This document shows, one piece after another, positions 39,862-52,648 of a DNA stretch of 64,000 nucleotides. Position numbers and translations under genes: made by a program. This DNA comes from Marsupella aquatica. Its lineage: Eukaryota > Plantae > Marchantiophyta. Within the stretch, counting starts at the first letter, position 1; each line of letters begins with the position of its first letter. A model generated the notes under the pieces. That model had not been told where the DNA came from. It saw nothing but the letters and a program-made list of their open reading frames with translations, and searched no databases. The stretch covers positions 13,160,359 through 13,224,358 of the forward strand of contig OZ316893.1 of assembly GCA_973895155.1 (NCBI GenBank). The letters run 5' to 3'.

Positions 39862-40869
39862 AAGTGTTGCTTTTGTTGTGATGTCCTCTGTTCACGTCCT
39901 TTGATGAGCAAGGTGAGCAGGAGGTCGACTTGCCTCGCCAACAGCAACCACCTAAACTAATCAGTTCCCACTCATTGTCTTGGTTCCAACTACAGGTCAT
40001 AGTATACACATAGCATGAAACGTGCATAGTACATATTTGATTCTGAGTTTATGAGTTTCCTAAGACAAAGAGCTTGGTGATAAACCCATATTCTCGACGG
40101 ACATGTATATCAATCATATTAAACTCCTATTTTTTCATCCAGAAAGACCGAAAGTCTCACCTTGCAGGTTGCAGCAGAGAGAAAATTCACTGGTTGTCGT
40201 GTTGTGCAAGTGAACCTCCACTGATGCCCCGGTGTAGCCCCTCAGATGCAAGTGACACTTACCAACTCCCAAGTTGCCTGGTCTAACAGAAAATGCTTAT
40301 ATCTTCAGAACTTTATAGAGCAAGTACATGATCACATACTTCTGGATCTATTCATATTTGTAACTTTTGCCAACTACAACTCCCATTATGCACAAGCTCA
40401 CATCAACAGAGAAAGATACAGAATGCATACTTACTATGGCTCTAAGCACCTTCACTACCTTGTTGAACCCAGTCCTGAAGTCTTTTCAGCGTGTTTGTTG
40501 TGCTGTCTCCTTTGGCACCCAACACCTTAGTCCTTGATGTAACAGAATGCGATTTTACAAGTTAGATGCTTTGGAACCTTCTATGGTCTTAGCTGAATTG
40601 ATGTCATCGTAAGTGGTGAAAGACAAGGAAGACGAAAGCTGGTTGAAGAGCTGTGGACAACACACTAGCATGAAGTGCTTCAACCAATCCACTGCCAAAC
40701 GGAACTCTTACACAGTCACATTCTTTCAGTAAACAGAAACTCAGTCAAACTTCATAATCAAAGTACAGACTCTGAAGGACCAAAGGAGGATGTTGTGAGT
40801 TTCTCTGTTGTTTAATGTGTTACCCTTCTAGTTTCGAAGTTAGCAAATGCTGAATAATGTGTCTACCAG

Positions 40870-41209
40870 ATCTTCGAAAAGAAGCCCACCACAATTAAGA
40901 ACTTCGGTATCTGGGTGAGGTATCAAAGTTGTACAGGTTATCCCAACATGTATAAGAAATATCGTGATACCACATTAAACAACCACACAGCAGATGTATG
41001 ATGAGATGGCTTCTTGTCATAGAGTTCGGTTCCCTTGCATCCAGATCATCAAGACTACGACAGTCCCTGTCTCTCTGTGCAAGCGAGAAAGTACCAAGCA
41101 GTTCCATGATTCAAAGATCAAGTTCCCCTTGACGTACCGCAAGATTCAACCTCCATCGCGAAAGCTAAAGACGACTTACAAGGCCACCAAGCCCAACACA
41201 TTTGTTTGA
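40870..41209 (+). pseudogene. RPL18A: Captured last exon of 60S ribosomal protein L18a (eL20), frameshifted
   Basis: After a CCAG acceptor: [37 protein letters not shown], frameshift, then [22 protein letters not shown]...[34 protein letters not shown]. Confidence 0.92.
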
Positions 41210-44200
41210 GTAGTGCGGGTGCAGGTTCCCAATTTTGAAACAATTTGGCTCATTTTATGTCCCGAGGGACTCCAGGAGTTTATGTATTGAGTTTCTAGGT
41301 GAAGATGCTTAATATAAGGAAATTCAATTATCACTTCGTTCCCAACTTCTATTAATTGAATATACACAAGCTGGAAGCAAGAAGACAAGCCACAATCTAG
41401 CATCTTAGCCAAACACAATCGTCCTGACAAAGCAAAACTCAGCTGGACAGAAGTCACTCGGATCCACAAAAAATTGAAGATTCACCTCCAAGCCGGAGGC
41501 CGATCACTTCAGTACAGCAGCTTCTGGATGGAACAAACTCTGCTCAGCCCCACAGAAACACAAATGTTAAGGCTCCAAGTCAGAGCTCACAAACAGAAAC
41601 TCAGATAAATAACATTCAAAATCTGTCCAGGTTTGTGCAAAGTGTACATATTCATTCTTCTGGAATGAACACGCAATCCATAAGAACGAAAGTAGGAAGG
41701 CAAGCGCACGGGCCACCGAGAAAAGTAAAGGATGCATGTGTTAGTGGGGAGGGATCTTAGCAAAAACAGGGGAAAGCAAGGGAACTTGCTGCTAAAATTA
41801 GCTGAACGATTGCACGGTTCCTATAAATTTAGTGGACCTTAAGGCCGTCTGTTCACCCCCCCCACCCCACCGCCAGAGCACGGGGCACAAGGCATGTTCT
41901 GATACAGGGAGGAGCGAAACAGTCATGTCAAGCAAGAAGTGTGGAGAGACCAATCAGTAAGCAAAAATAGGGGAGAACATACATACATCAGCAGCAGCAG
42001 GAAACAAGAAAGATGATTTCGGGTGGCATCTTAGGGTCGGGGACACCACTGCAACACCGGGACTTAGGATATGACTAAATGTAAGCTACACAGTCCTCCG
42101 TTCTCTTCAACAATTACCTTAAACAGTGAAGTAATCTAAATGGATGTTGATCAAAATCAATTGCAACTACGCGGCCCTTGGTTCTGCTGCGGCTACAGCA
42201 GCCAAGAGAACAGCTCAGAGCCTTGATTGAAGACTGTGCTCTCAAACTAAGCTAAAGACAAAGAGATATAGAGAGAGACAAAAAAAAGTTGACAGGAGTG
42301 CAAAGCGAGAACCCACTCCCGTTCTTTCAACACCCTAAACCCCGCTGCTTGACTTAAGTTGCATGGCGACAGAAGCAGTCATTGAAAACTTACCTTGTGA
42401 TGACAAAAACGCTCTGGGATGGGCTGCTACTCCCAGGACTATCCCACACTCTTAGTGCCCCGTTGCTATTGAGCCACACTTCAGTTCAGCCGCGCACGCT
42501 CAATCTTTGTCATTCAGCTAAGTTCAGCTCCGCAGGGCCTGGACTCACTCTCATCCAATTTCAGTTGATCAGTATTGCAGCTCTCTGCTCCCAAGAACAG
42601 GTCCTTGCGTTTGTTGAGCGCCTCTATAGACTCACTTACCTCCAAAAACACTGAAAGTTTTTATCTGCATTACAATGAGCTCTAAAGACCAAAAACATTC
42701 CCGCCTAAACTGAAATAGAGTCCGCAACTACAAGCTTTGCAGCTCAACTCTCTGAGCTCTCCCAGCTCAAAGGTATCAGCATGTTGTACCCACACTTGAT
42801 CGAACGCTCTTCCAATGCTCGCTAGGTTGATCTTCCAATGCTCACGGTAAGCTATGGACACCAAGCTCAGAAGACCGTGGGGAGACAACTAAACTTGCAG
42901 CGACGTAGGACCGCAAAGATAGGGATTGCAGCTTTACCTGGGGCGATGCAGCACCAAGCCGTGCTGCGTAGCAATCCGCAGCAAGAATAGTCCAAATGCA
43001 AGCCAAGTGACAAGCTCCTGGTTCTCGATCCCAAGTTGCAACTGAATATCGAATTCACTCTCCTAGCTTCAAGGAATGAGTGTCTATTGAATGTTGAATT
43101 AAATTCTCGCAAACTCTTCACAGTGCTTCCCGTAGTGCCTATTGTCGATGCAACACACAATCACTCTTGATGCCTACTACTCACATTCCCTTTTCTCAAT
43201 GCAACACACACTCGCTCTTCTCGCCTCCTACTACTCACATTGCCCAACGATCAACGAAAGCAGAAGGACAGGACAGGGAGAACCCTTTCGCAGCTCAGGA
43301 GGGCAAGGCTAGGAGTGTATACACATCGGGCCGCAATAAGGTCCAACCTCAACTTCAAAAAGTGCAACGCCAAAACTGGAAGCCGGGTCCAATAACAGTC
43401 GTTAGTAGGATGTCGTAAAACCCCTAAAGTTGCAGCATTGCCATACTCTACTTCCTCACCCGGTAGCGCTAGGCATTCGACCTCTCTCTTCCAAAGACCT
43501 CGATGACCTCCCACCAGCTCAATGACGATGGCACGCAAAGCTTCCGTTTGGCTTGCAAACCCTTGAGGCAAACCAACTCCCTTGGAGACCCTTCCCAAAA
43601 CCCTGTGCGGGAGAGAAATGCCGAACGTGAAGACCACTCACTTGTCTTCCCATTGAAGTGGAGACATTAGTTCACAAAAGAGACACAAAAGTCTATGATT
43701 TGCCTAATTTGTTTTTTCCTTTGAAACCAAAGGACTTACGCAATAGTTATATGTGGGGTGAGTGGTTAGTCACAACTTTGAACCACCCCCTTTGGTGAAA
43801 ATGTGGCCAAATATTCAGGTATGACCCCACATTACCATTATGAAGGACACTTTTTTAGGGTTGGGGTAGTGAAGAGCTGATCATATATATTTAAGTTGGA
43901 CATTTAAGTTGGACTTATATTGAACATGAAGCATGCATTGGTTGTCATATATGAAGGGGGCCGGGGAAACATGGTGGTTTCTGGGGCATGGCAATAAGTA
44001 AACCCAACCTACATATGTGAGGCTGAAATTGGGTGATAATTAAGCACGCCTTTGGCACGACCAGAAGACGTCGATAGAAAAATTAGAGATTGACTACAAA
44101 AAGCATTAAGTTAGGTTAGCAAGCTTTGACAAATCCTTTTTGCAGTTGAATGGGGCTGGGGCGCGCTTCATGGTGTCTAGATGGGGGTAGGAATAATGAT

Positions 44201-44581
44201 GGAATACTCAGTAATGGCATGGTTTAAAATGGTATGACCAAACTAGAATTAAATCTATGTGGAGTGACATATGGTGTATCCAAAATCATATGTATTGGGT
44301 TAGATCTCATACTTTAAGGTTGAAGGGCTCAAATGTTGTGCTCTCATAAGTTGTACTCTAATGTAGAGTCGCTTGTATGACTTCAACCTAATTGCCTTAA
44401 CTGAGTTATAGTTACAACTTCCCTAAAAGTTGTAAACATGACTCCTCAAAACTTCACCAAAACTCAGTCAAGAAGGTGTGACTAACATGACACCAATAAC
44501 CTTGGAGTCGCTGTTTCATGAAGGTCTCGGACAAGTCACATTCTTTGTGGTCTCAGAAAGGGTGGGTTTCTTCTAGTGAGT

Positions 44582-44971
44582 GGACCATATGGGCAAGTAG
44601 AAGGTCTTGTGAGGAGAACTCCTAGAAGGCTGTCGATTGCTTTGCCTTACAATTGTTATCTAGGCGCGCCCTCTCCAAAGAAATGGTATGCAATTGCAAA
44701 GGGCAGGAGTCCTGGGATTTACCGCACTTGGGAGGAGGCAGAGGCTCAGGTCACTGGTTTTAGTGGAGCAAATCATAAGTCCTTCAAGTCCCACTCTGAA
44801 GCTGAGACATGGCTACAGCGTCAGTTCAATGCAATGGGTGCACAGTGGAAGGCTCCTAATCTAGCCGATAGGCATAGGGTCAATGTTGAATTGCTTGGAA
44901 TAGATGAGTCTGGCCATGAAGTGTTCAAATGTGACTGTTGTGAGGAGATTTTCTGTAGCAATGAACATTAG
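44582..44971 (+). CDS. RNase H1 N-terminal hybrid/dsRNA-binding (Cauli_VI-type) domain protein fragment, no catalytic domain
   Basis: KWYAIAKGRSPGIYRTWEEAEAQVTGFSGANHKSFKSHSEAETWL followed by CDCC; 5' end cut by the CACTA insertion. Confidence 0.8.
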   Translation, partial: GPYGQVEGLVRRTPRRLSIALPYNCYLGAPSPKKWYAIAKGRSPGIYRTWEEAEAQVTGFSGANHKSFKSHSEAETWLQRQFNAMGAQWKAPNLADRHRVNVELLGIDESGHEVFKCDCCEEIFCSNEH

Positions 44972-45914
44972 ACCCATACGGGGTAATGGGTATAGCTTAC
45001 GATTGGCTGAGGTGATGGGTACAATTCAGGATTCCCTGAGCTCCCACTGTAACTCATTGCAGACTAGGCAAAGGCTAGCAGCAAAAGTAATTGTAGTTTT
45101 GCAAATTTTGAAGACTGCATACGCAGATGTACTCCACACATTTTGAAATCAACAATTGAAGCAATTATTGGAATTTGCAATGTTGAGTGCATGGACGTCC
45201 ATTTCTGTGCAATGTGTATTGAGCTATTCTTTGCTCCCTCATGGTGTTGTATTCCATTACTATTGTCCAAGGTCTGCTTAGCAGCAAATTACGCCAAGGT
45301 CTACCTCGCGACCGTTCGACCTTCCTGAACGGGATCTGCAATCGAGTGTCCGCCGCAACAACCCATATATTTTCCTACTTTGGTACGAAGACAAAAACCA
45401 TATTGTCTTCATGTACATACACCCAAAGTTGCGTAACAGTGTGGGAACAAAACCAAGTAACTTTGACCCATGCCCCCCCTGGTAACCATCGTTCTTCTGT
45501 CCAAGGAGCATCCAAACACTCAAATTGCCCCCCTCTTGCAACGGCACAATTTTGGTGGAAGCGTGGAATGAAGACAATAATCATGTTGTGTTCACATGTT
45601 TCATTCATTGCATGCTGTATTTTGGACTTCAAATCACCATTTTTTTCAAGGTAGCCACCATACATACTCAGCATGTTTGTACATACTTATCAGGATGTTT
45701 ATGTTGTTAATGGAGATGTTAATGGAGCTGTCACACTTACTCTGGATGCTTATTCTCTTAGAGTTTTTTACTAACTTGTCCCCTAAACTACTACCCAATA
45801 TTATTAACTTGTTCCTTAGACAAAATTAATTATTAACTTAATTGTCCCCCATTTTTCATTTGGGTTAATATTAACTCATATATGGGTTCCCGTAACCAAG
45901 TGAGGCCAATGAAG

Positions 45915-46640
45915 ATTTAGGGTTTAGGGTTTATACGATCCAATAACAACTTGCCAGATGGTAATGGGAACCCATATACATTTTAATATTGATACATATA
46001 CAAAATGGAGGACATGTTGATAAAAAAAATTGTTTTGGGGGCACCTTAGCAATATTAGGTAATTTGGGGGACAGGTTAGTAGGGTTTAGGGGTTTAGAGT
46101 TTAGGGCCCTTAATGAACTTGGTACATATATATGCTCAATTGACAAAACTAGGCCTTACTTTGGAGTTTTGTAGCACTGAGGGTGTTATACCAATTTTTA
46201 GGTACCCCATGTATTCACAACATATTTTGCAAAAGAAAAGGAAAAGGTAGGAGGGGGTTCGCTTTTGTCAATCTCTTGACCCACTTCAAGTCAAACATCC
46301 ATACATATTCTATTCTTGGGTGTAATTGAAGCCCTACTTTTTGAACAAATGTATAGGGTTTAGGGTGTATAGCCTACTAGTAGCCTCAAAGAGGGTTTAG
46401 GGTGTATAGGCTACTAGGAGTTGGCAGAGGGTTTAGGGTTTAGGGTAGGCCTTCTTTCATTACTTCTAGGCCAGAGGCATAACTCACTAAATGGCCTCAT
46501 TTGAACAATGGAGGTATAGGATGAGTTTTATGGGGTTGTTATGGCGGCCTCACCTTATACAATACAAAAGGTCGGAGGTAATTAGGGTTTAGGGTTTAGG
46601 GTTAGGTTTAGGGTTTAGGTTTAGGGTTTAGGTTTAGGGC
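45915..46640. repeat. Cluster of interstitial plant telomeric repeats / telo-boxes
   Basis: Dispersed AGGGTTTAGGG at about 45917, 46080, 46357, 46392 and 46428, plus a TTTAGGG/TTTAGG run at about 46583-46640. Confidence 0.88.
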
Positions 46641-47780
46641 ATAATGGTTTACTTAAACTTGTATTTGGGTAAATTTGACAAAGCAAGAATAAATCAAATA
46701 AAGGTTAAACTCATACAAGTTCATGCTTTTATGTACACACCTCCTCTATAGTAAGGAATCATCTCACGACATAAACACACCTGGCCTCATACGTGACCAT
46801 TGGATTGAAGCAAAAACTAATATTGTCCATCTATGCGGATTTCATCCATGGTCCCTGCTGCCTCCCAGAACCCCAAGCATGCCGGGGCCGAAGACCCAAC
46901 ATTAATGTGACATATGTAAGAGCCTTCTTACTAATATTGTGCCAAATGTTCTTCCTTTGCAAGGATGCCACATAACATGAGGGGGTCTAACACAAGGAAA
47001 ACTATATGTGAAGACATTATTAATGTTGTGTTCACATAATTAGCCCTACATATATTTGAGTCTGAATGAAACCCAATTCAGATTATTTGTAATAGTGAGT
47101 GAAGACAAAATTAATGGTGTCTCCAAATTTGCCCAAGTCTGCCTACAACCCACACCCCCTTCATCTGGCCGTCCGCACCCGGTCATTTAAATTATGTGTA
47201 AGAGTTATGGAAGACAACATACATGTTGTCTTCCTTTTTCCAAAGTGTGTAATTAGGAACCCGGGTACCCTTCTTCTGGCTGTCCGCATCCACCCGGTCT
47301 TTCACATTATTTGTAAGTGGAATGAAGACAAGATCATGTTGTCTACAGGTTTGCCCCGAAAGTTTCCAAGTGTCCTCTTTTTTTGGCCATTTGTGAGTGC
47401 GGAAGACAAGATGCGTGTCGTCTTTTGCATTCTAAACTTCACAGAAGCAGACTGGAATGAATGTTATAATAGTAAGGAACTCCACTTTGTGACCAGGTTG
47501 AACGGAGTTGGCCCCTGCTTACCATTTGAACGAGACTAGCTAGCTTTAGCATGCATTGTATCCAAACAGACATGAGGTGTCATTGGTAATCAATTATGGA
47601 CAATAATTTCATAATGAACACAACCTTGTAAGGTGAAAAATTTACTGAAGGAAATGTCTGTACAAGTTACGAGGACCCTTCATTTTCAATCAACCTACAT
47701 ATATACGCACTGACTACCACTGTTGGGAGCTCATGAAGTACCCATGATGCTACCACTGAAAATGGGGAAGGGTGTGGAAG

Positions 47781-50700
47781 TCAACTGGTAAATTGGGAAG
47801 GGTGCAGCAGCTGGTTGATACTCTGCCTGAAAGTATCCTGAGAAGAAGTGACTTGGGAGTCAATCTGAAGTATTTCTGAAAGCATAAACGTGTCTAAAGT
47901 GTAACCATCATCTATTGGAATATCATCCAAGGGACTCATGACATGAGATGGTCCCCCTCTTCCTCTGCCTCGGCCCCTCCCTCTACTTGCCACGCTCTTA
48001 TGCCGCTTCTGCTTTTGTATGACACTGTCTTGCACTGCTAGGTCATCATCTTCAGGGTTCAGAAACACAACATTGGTAGTCGGATCAACTGCGAGTAGAG
48101 GAACTATCTTAATAGCCTGACCCTGGTGAGATTTTGAGACCGGTTTCCTCTTCTTAGAGGCTTGAACAGGTCCTAAGGCCAGTGTAGTTTCTCTCTGTAG
48201 TCCATACAATCCAAACAAACATCAGAAGATGTTGCAAACTCTATATTGACATTACAAAACTTAAGGCGTTTGACCAGCAAAACATTGATGATAGAAATGT
48301 GGCATACCTGGGAGCCCATTGGTGCAGGTGCTGGTGTAGGGGCAGGTGGTGGAGTAGCTGTAGGGAGCTCATGCACTGATACCCCGGATACCCTTTCTCT
48401 TCCCCTTGCCCTGCCTCCCTACAATCCAAACAAACATGCAAAGGCAGTGGAGGTTAACGTCCTGAACCTGCAAAGCGAAACTGCGAATAGAGCAAGGGAA
48501 TTGGGGGCAGATCCATTCCAGACCTTGGAGGGGTTGGTTGGTGGTGCAGGGGGCGGTGCTGCTGCTGCTCTCCAACAATGCCCCCCTCCTTATTCGTCCC
48601 TACACAAAAAAAGATCTAATGTGAACAGGAAGACATCGTGGTTATCGTCTCCAACCTGTAGAGCAATTCAAGACGCATATACAGCAAGGCAGATCCATTC
48701 CAGACCTTGGAGGGGTTGGTTGGCGCTGCAGGGGGCGGTGCTGCTGCTAGTGCTGGGATCTGGAGGGATGCCCCCCTCCTTCGTCGCTACCAAAAAAAAA
48801 TGAATGGTGACTTGAAAGACATCATGGTTCTCGTCTCCAACCTGCAAAGCAATTCAAGACACGGAAACAGCAAGGGAATTGGGGGCAGATCTATTCCAGA
48901 CCTTGGAGGGCTTGGTTGGCGCTACACAGTAGACCTGGAGTTCTGCTGGTGCTGGACTGTCTGGGATGTCCAGGGATACACCCATTCCTCCCTACAATGA
49001 AACAAATGCACAGCAAACTTAAAAGACAAGAAGGATCACGTCTTCAACGTGCAAAGCAATTCTAGATGTAGGCTAACCAAAGTAATTGGGGCCCAAAGAA
49101 GTCAGAAAATGAGTTCCATACGTCGGTGGGAGGCTCCAACACATGTGCATTCTGTTGAAAGCTGAGGGGGATCTCTGGATGGATAGGAACTTGAAATGCC
49201 TCTTCACATAAACAGTCCTCAATAGGAGCTGGTACCTCCTCCATCCCTTGGGCTTCTTGCTATGGTTGGTCCTCTGGTGTGTTTTCTGGTACCTACTCCT
49301 CCCCTTGGGCTTCTTGCTGTGGTTGGTCCTCTGGTGTGTTCTCTGGTACCTCCTCCTCCCCTATCTCTTCTTGCTGTGGTTGTTCCTTTGGTGTGTTCTT
49401 TGGTACCTCCTCCTCCCCTATCTCTTCTTGCTGTGGTTGTTCCTCTGGTGTGTTCTCTGGTACCTCCTCCTCCCCTATCTCTTCTTCCTGTGGTCGGTCC
49501 TCTGGTGGGTTCTCTGCTACCTTGTCCTCCCCTTGGGCTTCTTGCTGTGCTTGGTCCTCTGTTGGCTCGTCATCCCCATGAACTGATTCATGAGGTCCAT
49601 CCTCTTCATCCCCCGCCATTGTTTCTTCCGGTTCTTCCGCTGCTGCACCAGTTATAGCAGGTTCCTGTGGTTCTTCCTTGGGTCCCTCTTCATCACTTTC
49701 CTCACACAGGAAACCCCACTTTGCAGGGCCAATCTCATAATCACTCTCATCAGAGGTGTCCTGCCACACCTCTGAGACTCCAGCCTACACAATAACACAG
49801 CACTATGAATCTCACATGGCACAGGCATACATTACAAAACAAAGAATTCATGGAGCCTAGACTTACCGCCTCCCAAGCACTTCAAACTGTCATGCCCCTC
49901 CTCTTGTATTCTTGGATGAGATTTGCAGTAGACTTTGCAAGCGTTGTGGGCTTCTGGTCTCGCTTCCATTCCTTGTAGTCAGCGGCAGCAGCTTCGAAAT
50001 CTATTAGCTTGGGCGCAATCTTCCACTTCAGCAGTGCCCTTTTCTGCTTCAAGTATTCCACTGCCTGACCAATGAGGTTCTCCCGAACTTCCTCAATGTG
50101 CAGAAGATGGGGAGGTTGCACCTCCACATGCAGCTGAGGGAAACAACATTGTAGCATGGCATTGTCCATTTTTAAAGCTACCAGTTTTTTATCCCTAGGC
50201 AGCACAATGGGCATCTGTTTGATAAGCTCAATCCATCCAAACACAATAGGAGAAGTGCCAGCAGACTCTAGAAATTCCAACAACATCTCAAACATAGAAT
50301 CATCTAGCAAACAGGACCAACCCTGCTTGCACATGGGATGAATGTGTGCAGCTTTGATAACCCGAACGAGAAGCGTTTTTGTTGGGACAGTGGGCTCCTC
50401 TCCAACAACCAGATATTTCTTCTTCAGCATAGCTTTCCTCCTAGACTTGGATTGCTTCCATCGCAGCTGAATGGTAGACCTCAGGCGCGTCCATGTTGCT
50501 TCATTAGGCTCCTTCACAGCAGCAATCCGACCCGGCTTGCGGTTCTTGTCTACACGAGCTGAGAGTTCAAATCTTGAAGCCAACCAAGGCAGGCCCGGCT
50601 CCAACAGTGCAGTTGGCAACTGCAGGTTGTGGGCAATATACATATGGGTCTGGAATGCCTTGAAAGATGGATAGGAGCGGGGCTTATGGGTCCCAACTAT

Positions 50701-50793
50701 GCAAAACCAGTTGTGTTTGCCCTTACCATCAACATGGTGACGGAAGTGGACATCTTCCTTGGCTATGGAGTTATTAGTGCCCTGTGGCGCCAT
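47781..50793 (-). other. MULE second (accessory) gene, multi-exon, convergent with the transposase; possibly degenerate
   Basis: 303-aa ORF 49882-50793 with a C2H2-like WFC..H..Y.SFKAF..HM..AH motif; acidic repeat exon 49293-49769; repeated QPLQGLE.ICPQFP exons; final exon with RGRGRG tract. Stops at 49882 and 49293 look premature. Confidence 0.55.
49245..49560. repeat. 57-bp (19-codon) coding tandem repeat, about 5.5 copies
   Basis: Minus-strand translation repeats PENTPEEQPQQEEIGEEEV. Confidence 0.9.
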
Positions 50794-52648
50794 AGCAACT
50801 GTGAAGACTACAAAGCAGCCTTGGTTGGGCTTAAGATCTCACCCAACCCTCGTCTGTGCTCTTCAACTGCCACTCCACACCTAGAATGACACGCAGGAAA
50901 TTAAAAAGACATACCAACATACACAGGAAATATAGCAGCATCAAAAGCTCCAAAGAAAACTTCACCCTACACAAAGAGTGACCTAGGAGATGATGATAAT
51001 CACACGGAACAGGGGAAGAAACCAGGCGTCAAGTTTTATTTTCCAGGTGCGCGCTTCTTAGAGTATGATAATTGAGAGTCCCGATTCCCGCATGGGAGGT
51101 GAAGTGAACTACAGAAGCCATGAACTACACAAGTCGTCATTGCAAAAATTTGGTTTGCATCAAACTGGGGGCAGATCATGGAATGTTTGCAATGCCTGTG
51201 CATAGAGAGTGCTTGTAAAACTAAGAATTCTCTGCCAACAATTGACTAATGATTAAACCAAATCTAGTAGCAAACGAAATGAGACAGTGCGAGTAGAACT
51301 AAGATTTATTTTAGAGAGCTTTAGAAAATGCTTTGACCTAGTTGCAAACAACTTGAAGGAGACAGACGAAGATTCAGGAACTTTTACAAAATCATTCAAC
51401 CTGGGGGACTGTCGTTGCAAACAAATTGACGGGTTGAAAGAGCACTCTTAAAGACTGAGTGAGAGGAAAAGAGAGAACAACGAGAAGCAACTATCATGCA
51501 CCAACACTATAGCGAGAGGTAACGCGAATTTCCGGCCTCCCGATGGCCGCCTAAGATCAATGTAACAGTCCAGTTCTTCCTCACCCGCCTCTCTTCCAAA
51601 ACCCTCTTTTGTCTCCCACCAACAAACACTACCGATCTCTCTACGGGACATTAGTTCATTCTCGTCTGCTACGTCTTTTGACTATTCTTCAACTACCAAA
51701 ATAAAGCAATGCAAGCCAAACTTAAGTATAGGAGAACGTCCAACCTTCAGCCTGCCTGCCTCGTTGCTTCAAAGCAAAACGCCCTTGAATCTCTCGCGCA
51801 TCGATGAATCCTGTACGGGACCCCTGGGAGTTGGAATGGTTGCAACCTCATAGAGTCACAGGGTCACATTTGGCTCTCGCGAAACCTCAAACCTCAAAGA
51901 GCGGTTCTGACAGCTCACTGCGGTTCTTTGCCACAGCACTGAGGGGGTCAAACAACAATGCAAGTTTGCGCAAATAATTTATAGAGGCCAATCTATAGTC
52001 ATCACCTGTGAAAATGGGGCTACATTCATTTCTGGTACTCTGAAATGATAATGTTTGGACCATCGGCAATCAGATTGACTCAATGCAACAAGACAAAACT
52101 TACAGACACATTGGGTAGCCAGTTTGAGAGGTGGGGAACGTCGTCCAGGTGGGGAACGTCGCATTTAGTGGCTGCTGCTCTGCAACCAGATTGGACCCCG
52201 CGCTTTGCTTATGCCCATGCTCCCAACAAAAAATGCAACGTGCTGCAACAGTCTTCTCCTACCGAACCCGACCATCAACAAACCCGATCATCAACAAGCA
52301 GCGACATCCACAAAAGTCGAGCATCGATTGAACCCGAGCACCCGCCAGAGCATGGCCAGCAGATCAACAACATAGACCGATGATTGTCGGGCCGGGGTTT
52401 AGCGGTAGGGAACCCTAAACCCCCCAAAACAACCGAATACATAATACAATATGTATTCAAGTGTAAACCCGCCCACACCGTATTTACAACCGTGGTGTTG
52501 ACTGCGTTGGACACTCAGTTGGGATCACGGTAACTACGGCGCGGACCACGGAGGACTGGACGCGACCACGCAGTGTACAATGTTAAGTTACGTTGTGGTA
52601 AACTGCAGAGTTTGGCCCTCACAAGAACAGTGAGTACAAATCATTAAG

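Larger units (their letters stand above)
27613..44578 (-). mobile_element. CACTA (En/Spm) DNA transposon, 16,966 bp, nested in the MULE
   Basis: TIRs CACTAGAAGAA (27613) and TTCTTCTAGTG (ending 44578); 3-bp TSD AGT at 27610-27612 and 44579-44581; clustered GTGACT/AGTCAC subterminal repeats at about 27640-27970 and 44360-44560; Tnp2 and TnpA-like genes. Confidence 0.96.

Noticed and set aside
43629-43649. GAAGAC...GTCTTC palindrome inside the CACTA
   Set aside because: The spacer is 9 bp rather than 12 and it is a single instance, so it was not counted as the MULE motif.
27209-44971. Rejoining ORF 27209 with the RNase H1 N-domain ORF after removing the CACTA
   Set aside because: The rejoined frame reads ...GVVDHMGK* and the hybrid-binding domain is in another frame. 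A single continuous ORF is not restored without an extra frameshift or an unidentified intron.
49248-49657. Plus-strand hydrophobic, Trp/Leu/Cys-rich repeat ORFs resembling membrane or metallothionein-like proteins
   Set aside because: They are antisense shadows of the acidic 57-bp repeat exon on the minus strand.
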